DNA of 64,000 bases from Candidatus Aenigmatarchaeota archaeon (GCA_041489155.1 JBGPQP010000006.1:1338-65337), one strand, 5' to 3'. Positions 17,648 through 27,149 are shown, counted from the stretch's first letter. The notes: generated by a model not told the origin, from the letters alone. Numbers and translations are program-made.

Positions 17648-19012
17648 ATGAAAGAGAGATACGTAATCTTGATAGCAGCGGTGATTTTTTCAGCCATGCT
17701 AAGCACTGGCGCTTTTGCAGAAGAGTTCAAGGTACTAGAAGTCTCGAAAAACGATGTTTATTGCCAGCTGCTGAATTACGACCTCGAATGCCAGCTGCTT
17801 GATAACCAGATTTCAGTGGTCATAAGAAGCGACGCAAAAGACATGGACGCAGATTTGCAGCTCAGTTGCGGCAGCAAACAGATTAAAGCATACGCCGGCA
17901 GGTGCAACCACACAGGCAATGTTTACAAGTGCTATTTCAGTCTCGAGCCTCTGATCGACCTCGACAAGGCGTCTGCGCTCGAATGCTCGATGAACTTCTA
18001 TTTTTACAAGAAGCTTTCAAACGAGTCTATAGGCAGCGACAAGTACGAAGGGAAGTTCGTGATAACGCCGCTTTCCGAGACCTCGCTGCTCAGCCTCTCC
18101 AAGCAGAAAACCAAGCTGCGCAATGATTTCATCGCCGTCAAGAGCTTTGACATGGAAGCGATCTACAACTCGGGCATCTGCTCCTATCTGGGAACAGGCA
18201 TATTTTTCAGTCGGATTGGAGACTACGAAAACGCCTTCAAAACCCTAGGCGGCTTCGTCGCATCAGCGCAGACAACTTCAGCAAGGTCTGTAAACCTCCT
18301 GAGCAATTCGAGCGTGCTAGCGTCCGTTTATGCTGAAAACGGCGACTTCTTGTTTGAGATGCTGCTGGAAAACTTCCTGCTCCATGGCCTGCACACGGGC
18401 AGCTTCATAAGCGATATTCTCTACCATCTTGAGGAAGGCTACATAACAGGCAGCGTGTTCGAAAACATGCAGAGCGATGTCGACGCAAGCTGCATGAAAA
18501 TACAGAACAACTTCGACCAACTGCTTAACCCGAACTTCCTTGTGATGCAAAAGATGAAACTGCTCGACTGCCTGGAGAAAAGGGATTTCAAGAACTGCTG
18601 GAAGAAGCTTGCTGAGATGGAGAATTATGTGAACCCGGGCAACTCGCCCCAGAGGGCGGAACTCAGGTTTTACGTCGGCAACAGGCTGATGAGGGACAAT
18701 TCTAATTTGTGCAACGGCAGCACTATAAGCATTGCCTACAGCGAGCTCGAACGGTATGGCGTCGATAAGATAACTGTGAAGGGCGATGGCAGGTACAAGC
18801 CATGCGACAACACGATAAACCTCGACTTCACCATGAAAGACGAATACACCGTCAGCGAATTCCTCTGTGAAGAAGGGAATGAGCCGGCTGATGGCAAAAG
18901 GTATGCGATAGAGATCGACCCGGGTGCAGCGGGGAGCAAGATAGCCTACAACGTTAACTATTACGCCGACCCTGAGAACTGCAGGGTGCAGCAGGAAATA
19001 ATTCCCGTTTGA
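17648..19012 (+). CDS. Secreted hypothetical protein
   Basis: ATG 17648, one nt after the upstream stop; the track start 17639 is GTG. Signal peptide MKERYVILIAAVIFSAMLSTGAFA|EE. Cys-containing. Confidence 0.65.
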   Translation: MKERYVILIAAVIFSAMLSTGAFAEEFKVLEVSKNDVYCQLLNYDLECQLLDNQISVVIRSDAKDMDADLQLSCGSKQIKAYAGRCNHTGNVYKCYFSLEPLIDLDKASALECSMNFYFYKKLSNESIGSDKYEGKFVITPLSETSLLSLSKQKTKLRNDFIAVKSFDMEAIYNSGICSYLGTGIFFSRIGDYENAFKTLGGFVASAQTTSARSVNLLSNSSVLASVYAENGDFLFEMLLENFLLHGLHTGSFISDILYHLEEGYITGSVFENMQSDVDASCMKIQNNFDQLLNPNFLVMQKMKLLDCLEKRDFKNCWKKLAEMENYVNPGNSPQRAELRFYVGNRLMRDNSNLCNGSTISIAYSELERYGVDKITVKGDGRYKPCDNTINLDFTMKDEYTVSEFLCEEGNEPADGKRYAIEIDPGAAGSKIAYNVNYYADPENCRVQQEIIPV

Positions 19013-19073
19013 AATGCAAAAATGAGTTCTTAGCAAAACCAAAGCTTATAAATTTTATTTATAAATTGAAATA

Positions 19074-19409
19074 ATGCCTGAAACTCTTGAGGGGTTCGTT
19101 TCTCCGAGAAGGATGCCGGCTTATGAAAAGAAAATCGCTGAAATAAGCAAGAACGACATCCGCGTCCGCCTGCTGGGAACGGTGATAGACAGCAGGGAGA
19201 ACATAGTCGTGATCGACGACGGCACGGGCAAGATAAACGTGGCATTCGCCGATCCTGTCGAAGTGAAAGCGAACAAGCTGATAAGGGTCATCGGCAGGGT
19301 AATGCCCAGCGAGGACGGCTTCGAGATCGAGGGCGAAATCCTTCAGGACATGAGCGGCATCGACGTCGCTCTCTACAGGAAAACCGTGGACCTGGAGAGA
19401 GGCGGCTGA
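19074..19409 (+). CDS. OB-fold nucleic-acid-binding protein (small RPA-like)
   Basis: 111 aa. The pattern VRLLGTVID....IVVIDDGTG.I.V.F.......N.LIRVIGRV is typical of tRNA_anti/RPA OB folds. Lies directly upstream of PCNA. Confidence 0.6.
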   Translation: MPETLEGFVSPRRMPAYEKKIAEISKNDIRVRLLGTVIDSRENIVVIDDGTGKINVAFADPVEVKANKLIRVIGRVMPSEDGFEIEGEILQDMSGIDVALYRKTVDLERGG

Positions 19410-19443
19410 TAGTTAGCAGGAGTTAAGGTCGGAGGTGTTTGAG

Positions 19444-20196
19444 ATGTTCAAGATAACGTTGTCGAATGCGGATTTGCTGAAGAATTCGATACCCATAATA
19501 GCGGAGATAATAGACGAAGGGGTTTTCAAGGTTGACGCCAAGGGGATGTCACTGGTGTCGCCTGACAGGAGCATGATAGCGATGGTAGACTTCCATCTGT
19601 TCTCAACCGCCTTCGAAGACTTCAAGGTCACGGGCGAGAACCTGCTTGGCCTGAACCTGGCGAACCTTGTGGCGGTCGTGAAGAGGGTAAAAACAGGGGA
19701 CAAGGTCGTCCTTACGAAGGAAGACGCCTCCAACACCCTGCAGGTGATGATTAAGGGCGCGGGTGGTACTAGGAAATTCGAAATCCCGCTGCTCAACATC
19801 ACGAGCGAGAAGCCGCCGCTGGACCAGCTGAAGTTCACGGGCAAGATCGAGGTCGATTCCGGCATACTTGAAGAGGGCATAACGGACGCCGATATCGTGG
19901 ACGATTCCGTCGTCTTTGAGACTGACCACCACTGCTTCAAGATATGGGCGAAGGGCGACATAAACTCGTCTGAGTTCGAGATAAAGAAGGGCGAAACGGG
20001 CCTTGATAAAATCGAGGTCACAGAGCCTATACGTGCGAGATACCCGCTCGAATACCTGAAGAAAATGATAAAGGCAGCGAAGTTCTCCGACAAGGTGATG
20101 GTGGAATTCGCAAACGACTACCCGCTCAAGATGGTCTTCAGGGACATAGACAAAATCCACCTCTCATTCGTGCTGGCGCCCAGGGTGGAAGAATAA
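19444..20196 (+). CDS. pcn: DNA polymerase sliding clamp (PCNA)
   Basis: ATG 19444 with GGAGGUG 6-7 nt upstream; the track start 19435 is GTG. MFKITLSNADLLKNSIPIIAEIIDEG.F.V...G and a length of 250 aa fit PCNA. Confidence 0.9.
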   Translation: MFKITLSNADLLKNSIPIIAEIIDEGVFKVDAKGMSLVSPDRSMIAMVDFHLFSTAFEDFKVTGENLLGLNLANLVAVVKRVKTGDKVVLTKEDASNTLQVMIKGAGGTRKFEIPLLNITSEKPPLDQLKFTGKIEVDSGILEEGITDADIVDDSVVFETDHHCFKIWAKGDINSSEFEIKKGETGLDKIEVTEPIRARYPLEYLKKMIKAAKFSDKVMVEFANDYPLKMVFRDIDKIHLSFVLAPRVEE

Positions 20197-20226
20197 GCCT
20201 CGCCTGTTTTTTGCCGGCCGGGGATT

Positions 20227-20403
20227 TTATGACAGCACGAAGGCTATGAACATCATGCCGATGCCCACGATGGCGAGAATTATCCCTGACCAGAGGCCTA
20301 TCGCGCTGGCGAAGAACGTGATGGCCACATAGGCGCCCAATATGAAAAATATGAAACCGATTATCGCGGTCGCCCAGAGAGGCATCAGACCCTTCTTTTT
20401 CAT
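20227..20403 (-). CDS. 58-aa two-TM membrane peptide
   Basis: MKKKGLMPLWATAIIGFIFFILGAYVAITFFASAIGLWSGIILAIVGIGMMFIAFVLS. Below the ORF-track cutoff. Supported only by an ATG and hydrophobic periodicity. Confidence 0.45.
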   Translation of the reverse strand: MKKKGLMPLWATAIIGFIFFILGAYVAITFFASAIGLWSGIILAIVGIGMMFIAFVLS

Positions 20404-20455
20404 ATTTAACCTATGTCGGGGAAACTAATAAAAATACCAAATCCATCTCTTCTTC

Positions 20456-20953
20456 ATGGACTTTTCCCGTATTCTGAAGACAGGCGCGGTTTCTGGCGCC
20501 ATATACGGCGTTTTGCAGGGCATAGTTTCAGTCCTGTCTTACGTGTTTTACAGGCAGGATATAATAGACCTGATACGCGCTTCCATCCCGTCCGGCGTCG
20601 ATATTCCCATGACCATGGACCAGCTCGCCGACATAGGCATGATTACAGCGATACCGGGATCGATAATCGGCGGCATAATAGCAGGCATAATCGTGGCCTT
20701 CATATTCTCGCTCATGCACGAAGACTTGTGGGGCAAGAACGATAAAATAAAAGGCGTCTTCCTTTGCGTCCTCCTAACCATAGCCATACTGCTGGGCGAG
20801 GCGCTCTACCCCAACGGCATCGTTGCAGGTCTTTTCATGGTGCAGACGCGCTTCCTCATGCTTACCCCGCTTAGCGTAGCCTTTTTCATATTTAGCGGCT
20901 ACTTGACAGGCATGTTTTACGAGAGGTTTGGAGGGGGTAAGAGGAAAAAATGA
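20456..20953 (+). CDS. Integral membrane protein (about 4 TM), unknown function
   Basis: 165 aa, four hydrophobic segments. The stop overlaps the next gene start. Confidence 0.65.
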   Translation: MDFSRILKTGAVSGAIYGVLQGIVSVLSYVFYRQDIIDLIRASIPSGVDIPMTMDQLADIGMITAIPGSIIGGIIAGIIVAFIFSLMHEDLWGKNDKIKGVFLCVLLTIAILLGEALYPNGIVAGLFMVQTRFLMLTPLSVAFFIFSGYLTGMFYERFGGGKRKK

Positions 20954-21447
20954 ACGATTTCATAAATATGCTAAAGGACAGGAGAAGCGTAAGGGCATAT
21001 GCCAGCAAGCCGATAGACAAAACCGTTCTCCAGGAACTAGTCGACTGTGCTAGACTCGCGCCGACGGCGAGGAACATACAGCCGTGGAAGTTCATCATTG
21101 TCACCGACAGGGCAAATCTTTCCGAGATTTCCAGGATAGTCGAGTACGGGCATTTCATAAAGGACGCTGCCGCCTGCATCGTCGTATGCGGCGAGAAGGA
21201 AGCGAACCGCCATGTCGAGGACTGCTGCATCGCAGCGGAGAACATAATGCTTTCTGCCAAGTCGCTCGGGATAGGGTCATGCTACGTCGCTGCCCTGGAG
21301 AAAAACATGAAAGATGCAAGGAAGCTGCTGAAACTCCCTGAAAAATACCAGATAGTCTGTTTCATCTCACTGGGCTATATTACGACCAACCCCCAAACGC
21401 CGAAGAAGAAGCATATAAAAGACGTCATCCACTGGGAGAAGTTCTAG
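20950..21447 (+). CDS. Nitroreductase-family flavoprotein
   Basis: RRSVRAY, LAPTARNIQPWKFIIV and SCYV motifs; 165 aa. Confidence 0.8.
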   Translation: MNDFINMLKDRRSVRAYASKPIDKTVLQELVDCARLAPTARNIQPWKFIIVTDRANLSEISRIVEYGHFIKDAAACIVVCGEKEANRHVEDCCIAAENIMLSAKSLGIGSCYVAALEKNMKDARKLLKLPEKYQIVCFISLGYITTNPQTPKKKHIKDVIHWEKF

Positions 21448-21503
21448 ACAGCGAGCGGCTAGACTATGCTTTTAAAAACAGGTGACATCATACATTATAG
21501 CAC

Positions 21504-21599
21504 AGCGGGGTGGAGCAGCCTGGAGTGCTCGCTGGGCCCATAACCCAGAGGTCGATGGTTCAAAACCTTAATGAAAAGGTGAAAATCCATCCCCCGCTA
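21504..21599 (+). tRNA. Initiator tRNA-Met (CAU) with a 21-nt T-loop (59/60) intron at 21565-21585
   Basis: A1:U72, anticodon stem CUGGG/CCCAG (three G:C), loop CCCAUAA (C33). T stem GAUGG/CCAUC. The insertion forms a strict BHB: UUCA:UGAA, bulges AA|A and AA|U, distal helix CCUU:AAGG. The spliced T-loop is UUCAAAU. Confidence 0.9.
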
Positions 21600-21601
21600 T
21601 T

Positions 21602-21943
21602 ATGAAGGTTGCCTTGCTTCTTCTTTTGATTACGGCATCGCTTATTATTTCTGGCTGCGTGCAGCAGCAGGGCACCGGGCAGACGGCGAGCGCTGAAGAA
21701 CAGGCAAAGCAGAAATGCATCGAAACATGCATGATGATAAGCTGGGATCTGACAAACAGAAGCCCGTGCCTGTCTGACAACAATACTGCATGGAACATAA
21801 GCGACTGGGTCTGCGATGTTGCCCATTCGCCGAGGCAGCCTGTCGATAATCTGCCTGAAAACCAGTGCGCTGCCTTCAGGGAAGGCAAGGCCCGCCATTT
21901 CGTTGAAGTGGGCCCGGACTGCAAGCTCATAAGGGCAGTCTGA
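21602..21943 (+). CDS. Small Cys-rich lipoprotein-like secreted protein
   Basis: MKVALLLLLITASLIISG|C lipobox-like signal; 113 aa with 8 Cys. The ATG lies 2 nt after the tRNA discriminator base. Confidence 0.7.
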   Translation: MKVALLLLLITASLIISGCVQQQGTGQTASAEEQAKQKCIETCMMISWDLTNRSPCLSDNNTAWNISDWVCDVAHSPRQPVDNLPENQCAAFREGKARHFVEVGPDCKLIRAV

Positions 21944-21945
21944 CC

Positions 21946-22968
21946 CTAAAACCTGCCGGCGTATTCTGTTGCGAGCTGGAAATAGAGTTTGGCAGTGTTC
22001 TTCGCCTCTTCTTTTTCGAAGTCTAGCATTTGCGGGTCGTTCAGCCTGAAACCCATGACTTTGCCGCGGACATACGCCCTGTAACATTTGTAGAAATCGA
22101 GCAACCTAAGGATTTCCTCGTCGCTGCTTTTCTGGATGTATTTTTTCACGAAGAAATCGGAAAGGAATGTCTTGCGCTGGAAGTCGAGATCCATCGAGAG
22201 GAAGGCGATATCGCTCGTGACATCGGAGCATGCGAAGCGCTCGTTGAACTCGATGGCGTCGAAAATGTAAACCTTGTCATCCACGATGAAGATGTTGCCC
22301 GAGTGCAGGTCGCCGTGGCACCACTTTACTCGTCCTTCCATCAGGCGCTTGTCGAAGAGGCTCCTGTTCTTCTCCATGAAAGCCTTCACCTTCGCTTTTA
22401 ACGCGTCGTATCTTTTCTGATCTATAGTTCTCCCGATGAAGTTCTCGGTCTGCCTGAAGTTCTCGTTCCAGTTGAATTTCACCGTGTCGAGCGAGCCGAC
22501 AGAACCCGGGAGGCGGTATGTCTCGGTCTTTGCATAGAACTTCAGCATCATGTCGGCGATCCTGTTCATGACGTCGGTCTTGATCTCGTTTTTCGCGAGC
22601 AGCGTGCTCATGAGCTTTTCCTGGGGCAGCTCTCTCATCTTGATGGCGTATTCTATGGTCTTTCCCTTGCCTCCTATCTTTATTCTTTCATCGTTCTCAT
22701 TCTTGTTCAAAGGGATGACGCCCAGGTAAATCTCGGGCGAAAACTTGCGATTTATTTCGAGTTCCCGGTTGCACAGCCTCTTGCGCTTTTCGAGCGTCGT
22801 GAAATCGAGGAAGCCGAAGTCAACTGGCTTCTTTATCTTGTAGGCGAATCTGCCCGTCAGGAAAATCCATGAAATGTGCGTCTGTAGCATCCGGATGTCA
22901 TCGACTTTCTCGTCGTACGTTTTCGGGTCCTGCATGGCTTCCAGAAGCTCGTTTACCTGCTCGGGCAT
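21946..22968 (-). CDS. Aminoglycoside-phosphotransferase/choline-kinase-fold kinase
   Basis: Start moved to ATG 22968 (MPEQVNELL). Catalytic loop HGDLHSGNIF followed by IFDAIEF (DxD-type metal site). Confidence 0.75.
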   Translation of the reverse strand: MPEQVNELLEAMQDPKTYDEKVDDIRMLQTHISWIFLTGRFAYKIKKPVDFGFLDFTTLEKRKRLCNRELEINRKFSPEIYLGVIPLNKNENDERIKIGGKGKTIEYAIKMRELPQEKLMSTLLAKNEIKTDVMNRIADMMLKFYAKTETYRLPGSVGSLDTVKFNWNENFRQTENFIGRTIDQKRYDALKAKVKAFMEKNRSLFDKRLMEGRVKWCHGDLHSGNIFIVDDKVYIFDAIEFNERFACSDVTSDIAFLSMDLDFQRKTFLSDFFVKKYIQKSSDEEILRLLDFYKCYRAYVRGKVMGFRLNDPQMLDFEKEEAKNTAKLYFQLATEYAGRF

Positions 22969-23028
22969 ACTATTAACTTTTATATTAGCAATATAAAATG
23001 AGAAATTGACGTGACATAAGGTGATGTT

Positions 23029-24279
23029 ATGAGCAAGGTAAAGGACGCGAGCCTGGCGGAGGACGGGAAGATGAAAATCACATGGGCCGAAGACCACATG
23101 CCGGTTCTGATGAGCATAAAGAAGAGATTCGAGAAGGAAAAGCCGCTGAAAGGCCTGGCAATAGCGTGCTGCCTTCATGTTACCAAGGAAACCGCTGTCT
23201 TGGCAAAGACGCTGAAAGCAGGGGGAGCGAATGTCTTCCTTTGCGGCTCCAATCCGCTGAGCACGCAGGACGACGTCGCTGCAGCTCTCGCAAGCGACGA
23301 TATAAACGTGTTCGCGTGGAGAGGTGTTAACAACGAGGAATATTACTGGTGCATTGACCAGGTGCTTGATGCCAAGCCAAACATCACGATGGACGACGGC
23401 GGAGATCTTGTAACTAGAATACTCTCGAAAAGAACCGATCTAATTCAGAACATTATTGCCGGCACCGAGGAAACGACAACAGGCGTGGTAAGATTTCGCG
23501 CTATGGAGAAGGATGGCGTTTTGAAATACCCCATAATCGCTGTCAACGACGCATACACCAAGCACCTGTTTGACAACCGCTACGGCACAGGTCAGTCAAC
23601 CATCGACGGCATCATGCGCGCGACATCCGTCCTTATTTCCGGCAAGAGCTTCGTAGTCTCAGGCTACGGATGGTGCGCGAGAGGGATAGCGATGCGCGCG
23701 AAGGGTATGGGAGCGAACGTGATAGTCACAGAAGTCGACCCGCTAAAAGCGTTAGAAGCTGTGATGGACGGCTTCTGCGTCATGACGCTTGCCGAAGCTT
23801 CGCCAGTCGGGGACATATTCGTCACGGCAACGGGCTGCAAGAACGTCGTCAGGAAGGAGCACATAGAAAGGATGAAAACAGGCGCGATCCTTGCGAACTC
23901 AGGGCATTTCGACGCCGAGATAAACAAGAAGGATCTCGATGCACTCACAAAATCCAAGAAGACGATAAGACCGAATGTCGAGGAGCATATGCTTAGGAAC
24001 GGCAGGAAAATCTATCTCCTTGCCGAGGGCAGGCTCGTCAACCTCGCCGCAGCGGAGGGGCATCCGAGCGAAGTCATGGACATGAGCTTCGCCAACCAGG
24101 CGCTTTCGGCTGAGTACATAGTTAAGAGCAAAGGCAGACTGCAATCAAAGGTATACAAGGTTCCCGACGATATTGACAAAGACGTTGCAAAGCTCAAACT
24201 GGCCTCAATGGACATAAAAATCGACGCGCTCACCAAGGAGCAGATAGATTACCTTTCCGGCTGGAAAGAAGGCACATAA
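23029..24279 (+). CDS. ahcY: S-adenosyl-L-homocysteine hydrolase
   Basis: 416 aa. [14 protein letters not shown]-binding GYGWCARG, and archaeal-type length. Confidence 0.92.
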   Translation: MSKVKDASLAEDGKMKITWAEDHMPVLMSIKKRFEKEKPLKGLAIACCLHVTKETAVLAKTLKAGGANVFLCGSNPLSTQDDVAAALASDDINVFAWRGVNNEEYYWCIDQVLDAKPNITMDDGGDLVTRILSKRTDLIQNIIAGTEETTTGVVRFRAMEKDGVLKYPIIAVNDAYTKHLFDNRYGTGQSTIDGIMRATSVLISGKSFVVSGYGWCARGIAMRAKGMGANVIVTEVDPLKALEAVMDGFCVMTLAEASPVGDIFVTATGCKNVVRKEHIERMKTGAILANSGHFDAEINKKDLDALTKSKKTIRPNVEEHMLRNGRKIYLLAEGRLVNLAAAEGHPSEVMDMSFANQALSAEYIVKSKGRLQSKVYKVPDDIDKDVAKLKLASMDIKIDALTKEQIDYLSGWKEGT

Positions 24280-24290
24280 TAAATATCAAA

Positions 24291-24995
24291 TTACCAGATG
24301 CCCGAGTAGAGTTCTATAAGCTTTCTTGTATCTTGTTCGTTGTTTGGTGATTCCGCCTCAAGTCTCTCTTTTACAAGGCCAAAAAGCCAAGCTGTATAAT
24401 CTGCTGCTGCCTTGAGCCACTTCGGGCTTTTGAGCGTGATTTCCATGGCTTTTTGTGGATCTCCCAAGCCCACTGTTCTGAGCAACTGGGCTTGCATTTC
24501 AGCTATTTTTTCATGGAGTGTTTTTTCATCATAGGCTGTCAACGCTTTCAAATTCAAGATGCCTGAGGCCCTAAGCTCACCTTGATCAAGTTTTAAAGAA
24601 AGCAGCTCTCCGAAATTATCCAAGGCTGCAAAATCTTTATCTCCCTTAATCCCAACAATCTCTCTGGCATCCTCAAGGTCTAAAATGCATCTTGATGCGT
24701 AGTCGAGGCCAGAAATGTGGTTTTTGCTGGCAGCGGCGTAAAGTGATCTTACGCCATCAGGCGTTCTGCCGCAAATCTTGAGATTGGCAAAGGCTTTACC
24801 GTAATCGACAGGCAGCTTAAAATGCACAAAACCGTCAAGATGCACCAATGGTTCAACTCTCATGTCCAGTTTTTCTATTAGGCCTTGCTCTCCCTGCAGA
24901 AGAGACTTTGCCGTTTCTCCTCCTACGGCTGTCCTGAACATCTTAAACAGATTATATTTTTGTGCAAAGGAATATTCTTGAGCATTTGAATTCAT
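24291..24995 (-). CDS. Hypothetical soluble protein (234 aa)
   Basis: ATG start and no recognised motifs. By eye more AT-rich than its neighbours. Last gene of the Get3 cassette. Confidence 0.55.
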   Translation of the reverse strand: MNSNAQEYSFAQKYNLFKMFRTAVGGETAKSLLQGEQGLIEKLDMRVEPLVHLDGFVHFKLPVDYGKAFANLKICGRTPDGVRSLYAAASKNHISGLDYASRCILDLEDAREIVGIKGDKDFAALDNFGELLSLKLDQGELRASGILNLKALTAYDEKTLHEKIAEMQAQLLRTVGLGDPQKAMEITLKSPKWLKAAADYTAWLFGLVKERLEAESPNNEQDTRKLIELYSGIW

Positions 24996-25033
24996 GACTA
25001 CCTATAAATAGTAAAAATTATGTATTTAAAAAG

Positions 25034-25981
25034 CTATTTAACGTACAGTTCTTTCGCAACCTTTCCCAGCATATCCAGTCCTTTCACCTCGTTCTTGTAA
25101 AGCTGGACCTGCAGGACTTCAGGGCCCTTGAACTTCGAGCGTATCTCCTTGAGCCTCTCCTGCTGCATCTTGCGCCTTTCCGTGCAAAAGGAGCATTTTA
25201 TGTTCTCAGGTATGAGCTGGTTGACCACGACCTTGCTCACTGGAATGCCGTACTCGCCCAGTATCTTCACGGAGCGCTCTGATTCGCTTATGCTCATGGT
25301 TTCAGGAATAAGCACCAGGTTGAAATGGGTTTTCTTCTTGTTCGAGAGCATTTTCCTCGCTTCGGAAATCCTTTTTTTTATCAGTTCAAGCTCCTCGGTG
25401 CCGAGCTTGGTGCCGCCTTCTTCGCTTTCGCCGAAAGGCATCACTTTCTTGAACATGTTTATCAGGCCTGCTATTTTCAGGCGTATGCTTATCATCTTGC
25501 CGACCCATGAGTCAAGGACATCGGGTAGGGAAAGGAATCTCAGCGTGTGGCCGAAGGGAGCGGTGTCGAATATGATGATGTCGTAATCCTTAGACTGCAT
25601 GTAAAGCAGGAACTTGTCAAACGCTGCAAGCTCGTCTATGCCAGGCACGGTGCCTGCGAAGTCGAAGACGTCTTCAAGGCCAAGGCCCTTGAGGAATCCG
25701 ACCTTCCCTATCTTGGGGGCCAGCTTTTCCTTGTATTCGGCCATGGACTTCTTCGGGTCGATTTCAACGCCATAAAGGTTATCGGCTATTTGCATCATCT
25801 CGCCGCTTATTTTCTTTTCGAACGAGTCTGCTAGTGAATGGGCAGGGTCTGTTGAAATTATCAAAGTCTTTTTGCCTTGTCTGGCGAAATACAGCGCTGT
25901 CGCTGCCGCCATGCTCGTCTTGCCTACGCCGCCCTTGCCCGCGAAAAGGTAGAATTGCGTTTCCTTCTTCCCCAAGACCAT
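25034..25981 (-). CDS. ArsA/Get3-family ATPase (single-domain, with CxxC)
   Basis: Start moved to ATG 25981 (MVLGKKETQFYLFAGKGGVGKTS). Deviant Walker A, DTAPFGHTLRFL switch region, and KCSFC near the C-terminus as in Get3-type proteins. Confidence 0.85.
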   Translation of the reverse strand: MVLGKKETQFYLFAGKGGVGKTSMAAATALYFARQGKKTLIISTDPAHSLADSFEKKISGEMMQIADNLYGVEIDPKKSMAEYKEKLAPKIGKVGFLKGLGLEDVFDFAGTVPGIDELAAFDKFLLYMQSKDYDIIIFDTAPFGHTLRFLSLPDVLDSWVGKMISIRLKIAGLINMFKKVMPFGESEEGGTKLGTEELELIKKRISEARKMLSNKKKTHFNLVLIPETMSISESERSVKILGEYGIPVSKVVVNQLIPENIKCSFCTERRKMQQERLKEIRSKFKGPEVLQVQLYKNEVKGLDMLGKVAKELYVK

Positions 25982-25992
25982 AATTCCGACAC

Positions 25993-26250
25993 CTACATGT
26001 TGAAAATGAAAATCCAGCTTACCAGCCAGACCAGAATGTAAAGCAGACCGCCGTTTGACATCCACCACTTTATGCCTTTCTTCTTAAGCACTAACTCAGT
26101 AAAATAACCGACTGCAAAAAGTATGATCAGCATCGCGCCGATAGAATAAAGCTTGCTGGTGGCGGCAAGCACCTGTGAAACGTAGCCTGCGGCTATGCCG
26201 GCTATGGTGTGTATTCCTAGAGAAATTCTTGTCTCCTTAAGTTCGTTCAT
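25993..26250 (-). CDS. 85-aa three-TM membrane protein, 11 nt upstream of Get3
   Basis: Three hydrophobic helices; KKKGIKWW loop between TM2 and TM3. Confidence 0.6.
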   Translation of the reverse strand: MNELKETRISLGIHTIAGIAAGYVSQVLAATSKLYSIGAMLIILFAVGYFTELVLKKKGIKWWMSNGGLLYILVWLVSWIFIFNM

Positions 26251-26282
26251 CTTATATTTTTTGTTCCCCGGGGTTTAAATGT

Positions 26283-27086
26283 TTAAAAGAGTGGTAAAAA
26301 TCTTTGCCTGTTTCTACCAGTATCACTCATGCTCCATCTCAAATCTCTCGTGATATAATCTTCATTGTGCCTGGGTATCTCTTCTTCAGGGACATGGAGC
26401 AGGCGTGCCGTAACCCTGTTCGCAGCATATCTCTTTATCATTCTTACGCGATCAGGGATTCTGCCCACATCTATTTCATCTCCTGCAGGATTATCAATTA
26501 AATGAATCATCAGTTTTCTTAACTTGGCATAAAGTTCTTCTGTATTCACGTTCCATCTGAGCTTGTCTGGATGAAACTTTTGGAAGTGCGGAGGTAGTCT
26601 GAAGCCTATGTCCATAACCTGCATCCTCTGGTCACCTCTCTTTCTGTAGATTTCTGCTTGTTCTTCCCTGCACGGATCACAGCAAAACAAGCTCAAAAGA
26701 GGATATGTCTGATTTATCCATTCCGGGCCTCCGCTTCTTATTTTTTCATCAAAATTATGTTCAACTCCGTAAGGCAAAACCCATGCAGTTGCCTCGTCTC
26801 TGCAAGTGTTATCTCTGCCCTCACATTTTACATGTACACCCAATTTTCTTCCCAAAGAAACGGCAATCGCTTGCGTATTTGCCAAATCCGTGCTCTCTAT
26901 TACAATAGGCGCTGTTTTTTCAGGATTAGACAAATATCCATCAACATATGAGAAGCCTTTAAACCCCTCCAGTAAAGGCATTTGCGCCAAAGAGTGCAGT
27001 CTTGAACTCGGCAAATACCTGCCTTCACTATCCTTCGCATAAGCACCGAAATTTATCAAAACTATGGTCCTTGGATCGAATGTCAT
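26283..27086 (-). CDS. Hypothetical protein (267 aa) with Cys clusters
   Basis: ATG start. CEGRDNTC and FCCDPC clusters; no family recognised. AT-rich by eye. Confidence 0.55.
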   Translation of the reverse strand: MTFDPRTIVLINFGAYAKDSEGRYLPSSRLHSLAQMPLLEGFKGFSYVDGYLSNPEKTAPIVIESTDLANTQAIAVSLGRKLGVHVKCEGRDNTCRDEATAWVLPYGVEHNFDEKIRSGGPEWINQTYPLLSLFCCDPCREEQAEIYRKRGDQRMQVMDIGFRLPPHFQKFHPDKLRWNVNTEELYAKLRKLMIHLIDNPAGDEIDVGRIPDRVRMIKRYAANRVTARLLHVPEEEIPRHNEDYITRDLRWSMSDTGRNRQRFLPLF

Positions 27087-27149
27087 GCTTAAACCTTCAT
27101 TGGAGTATTTAAATACTTTTTACCCTTAAAAAGTAGTGATTCGCTGGCG

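Noticed and set aside
21560-22087. 175-aa and 120-aa minus-strand ORFs overlapping the initiator tRNA and the lipoprotein gene
   Set aside because: They are antisense to a tRNA and to a CDS with a clear lipobox signal, and have no motifs.
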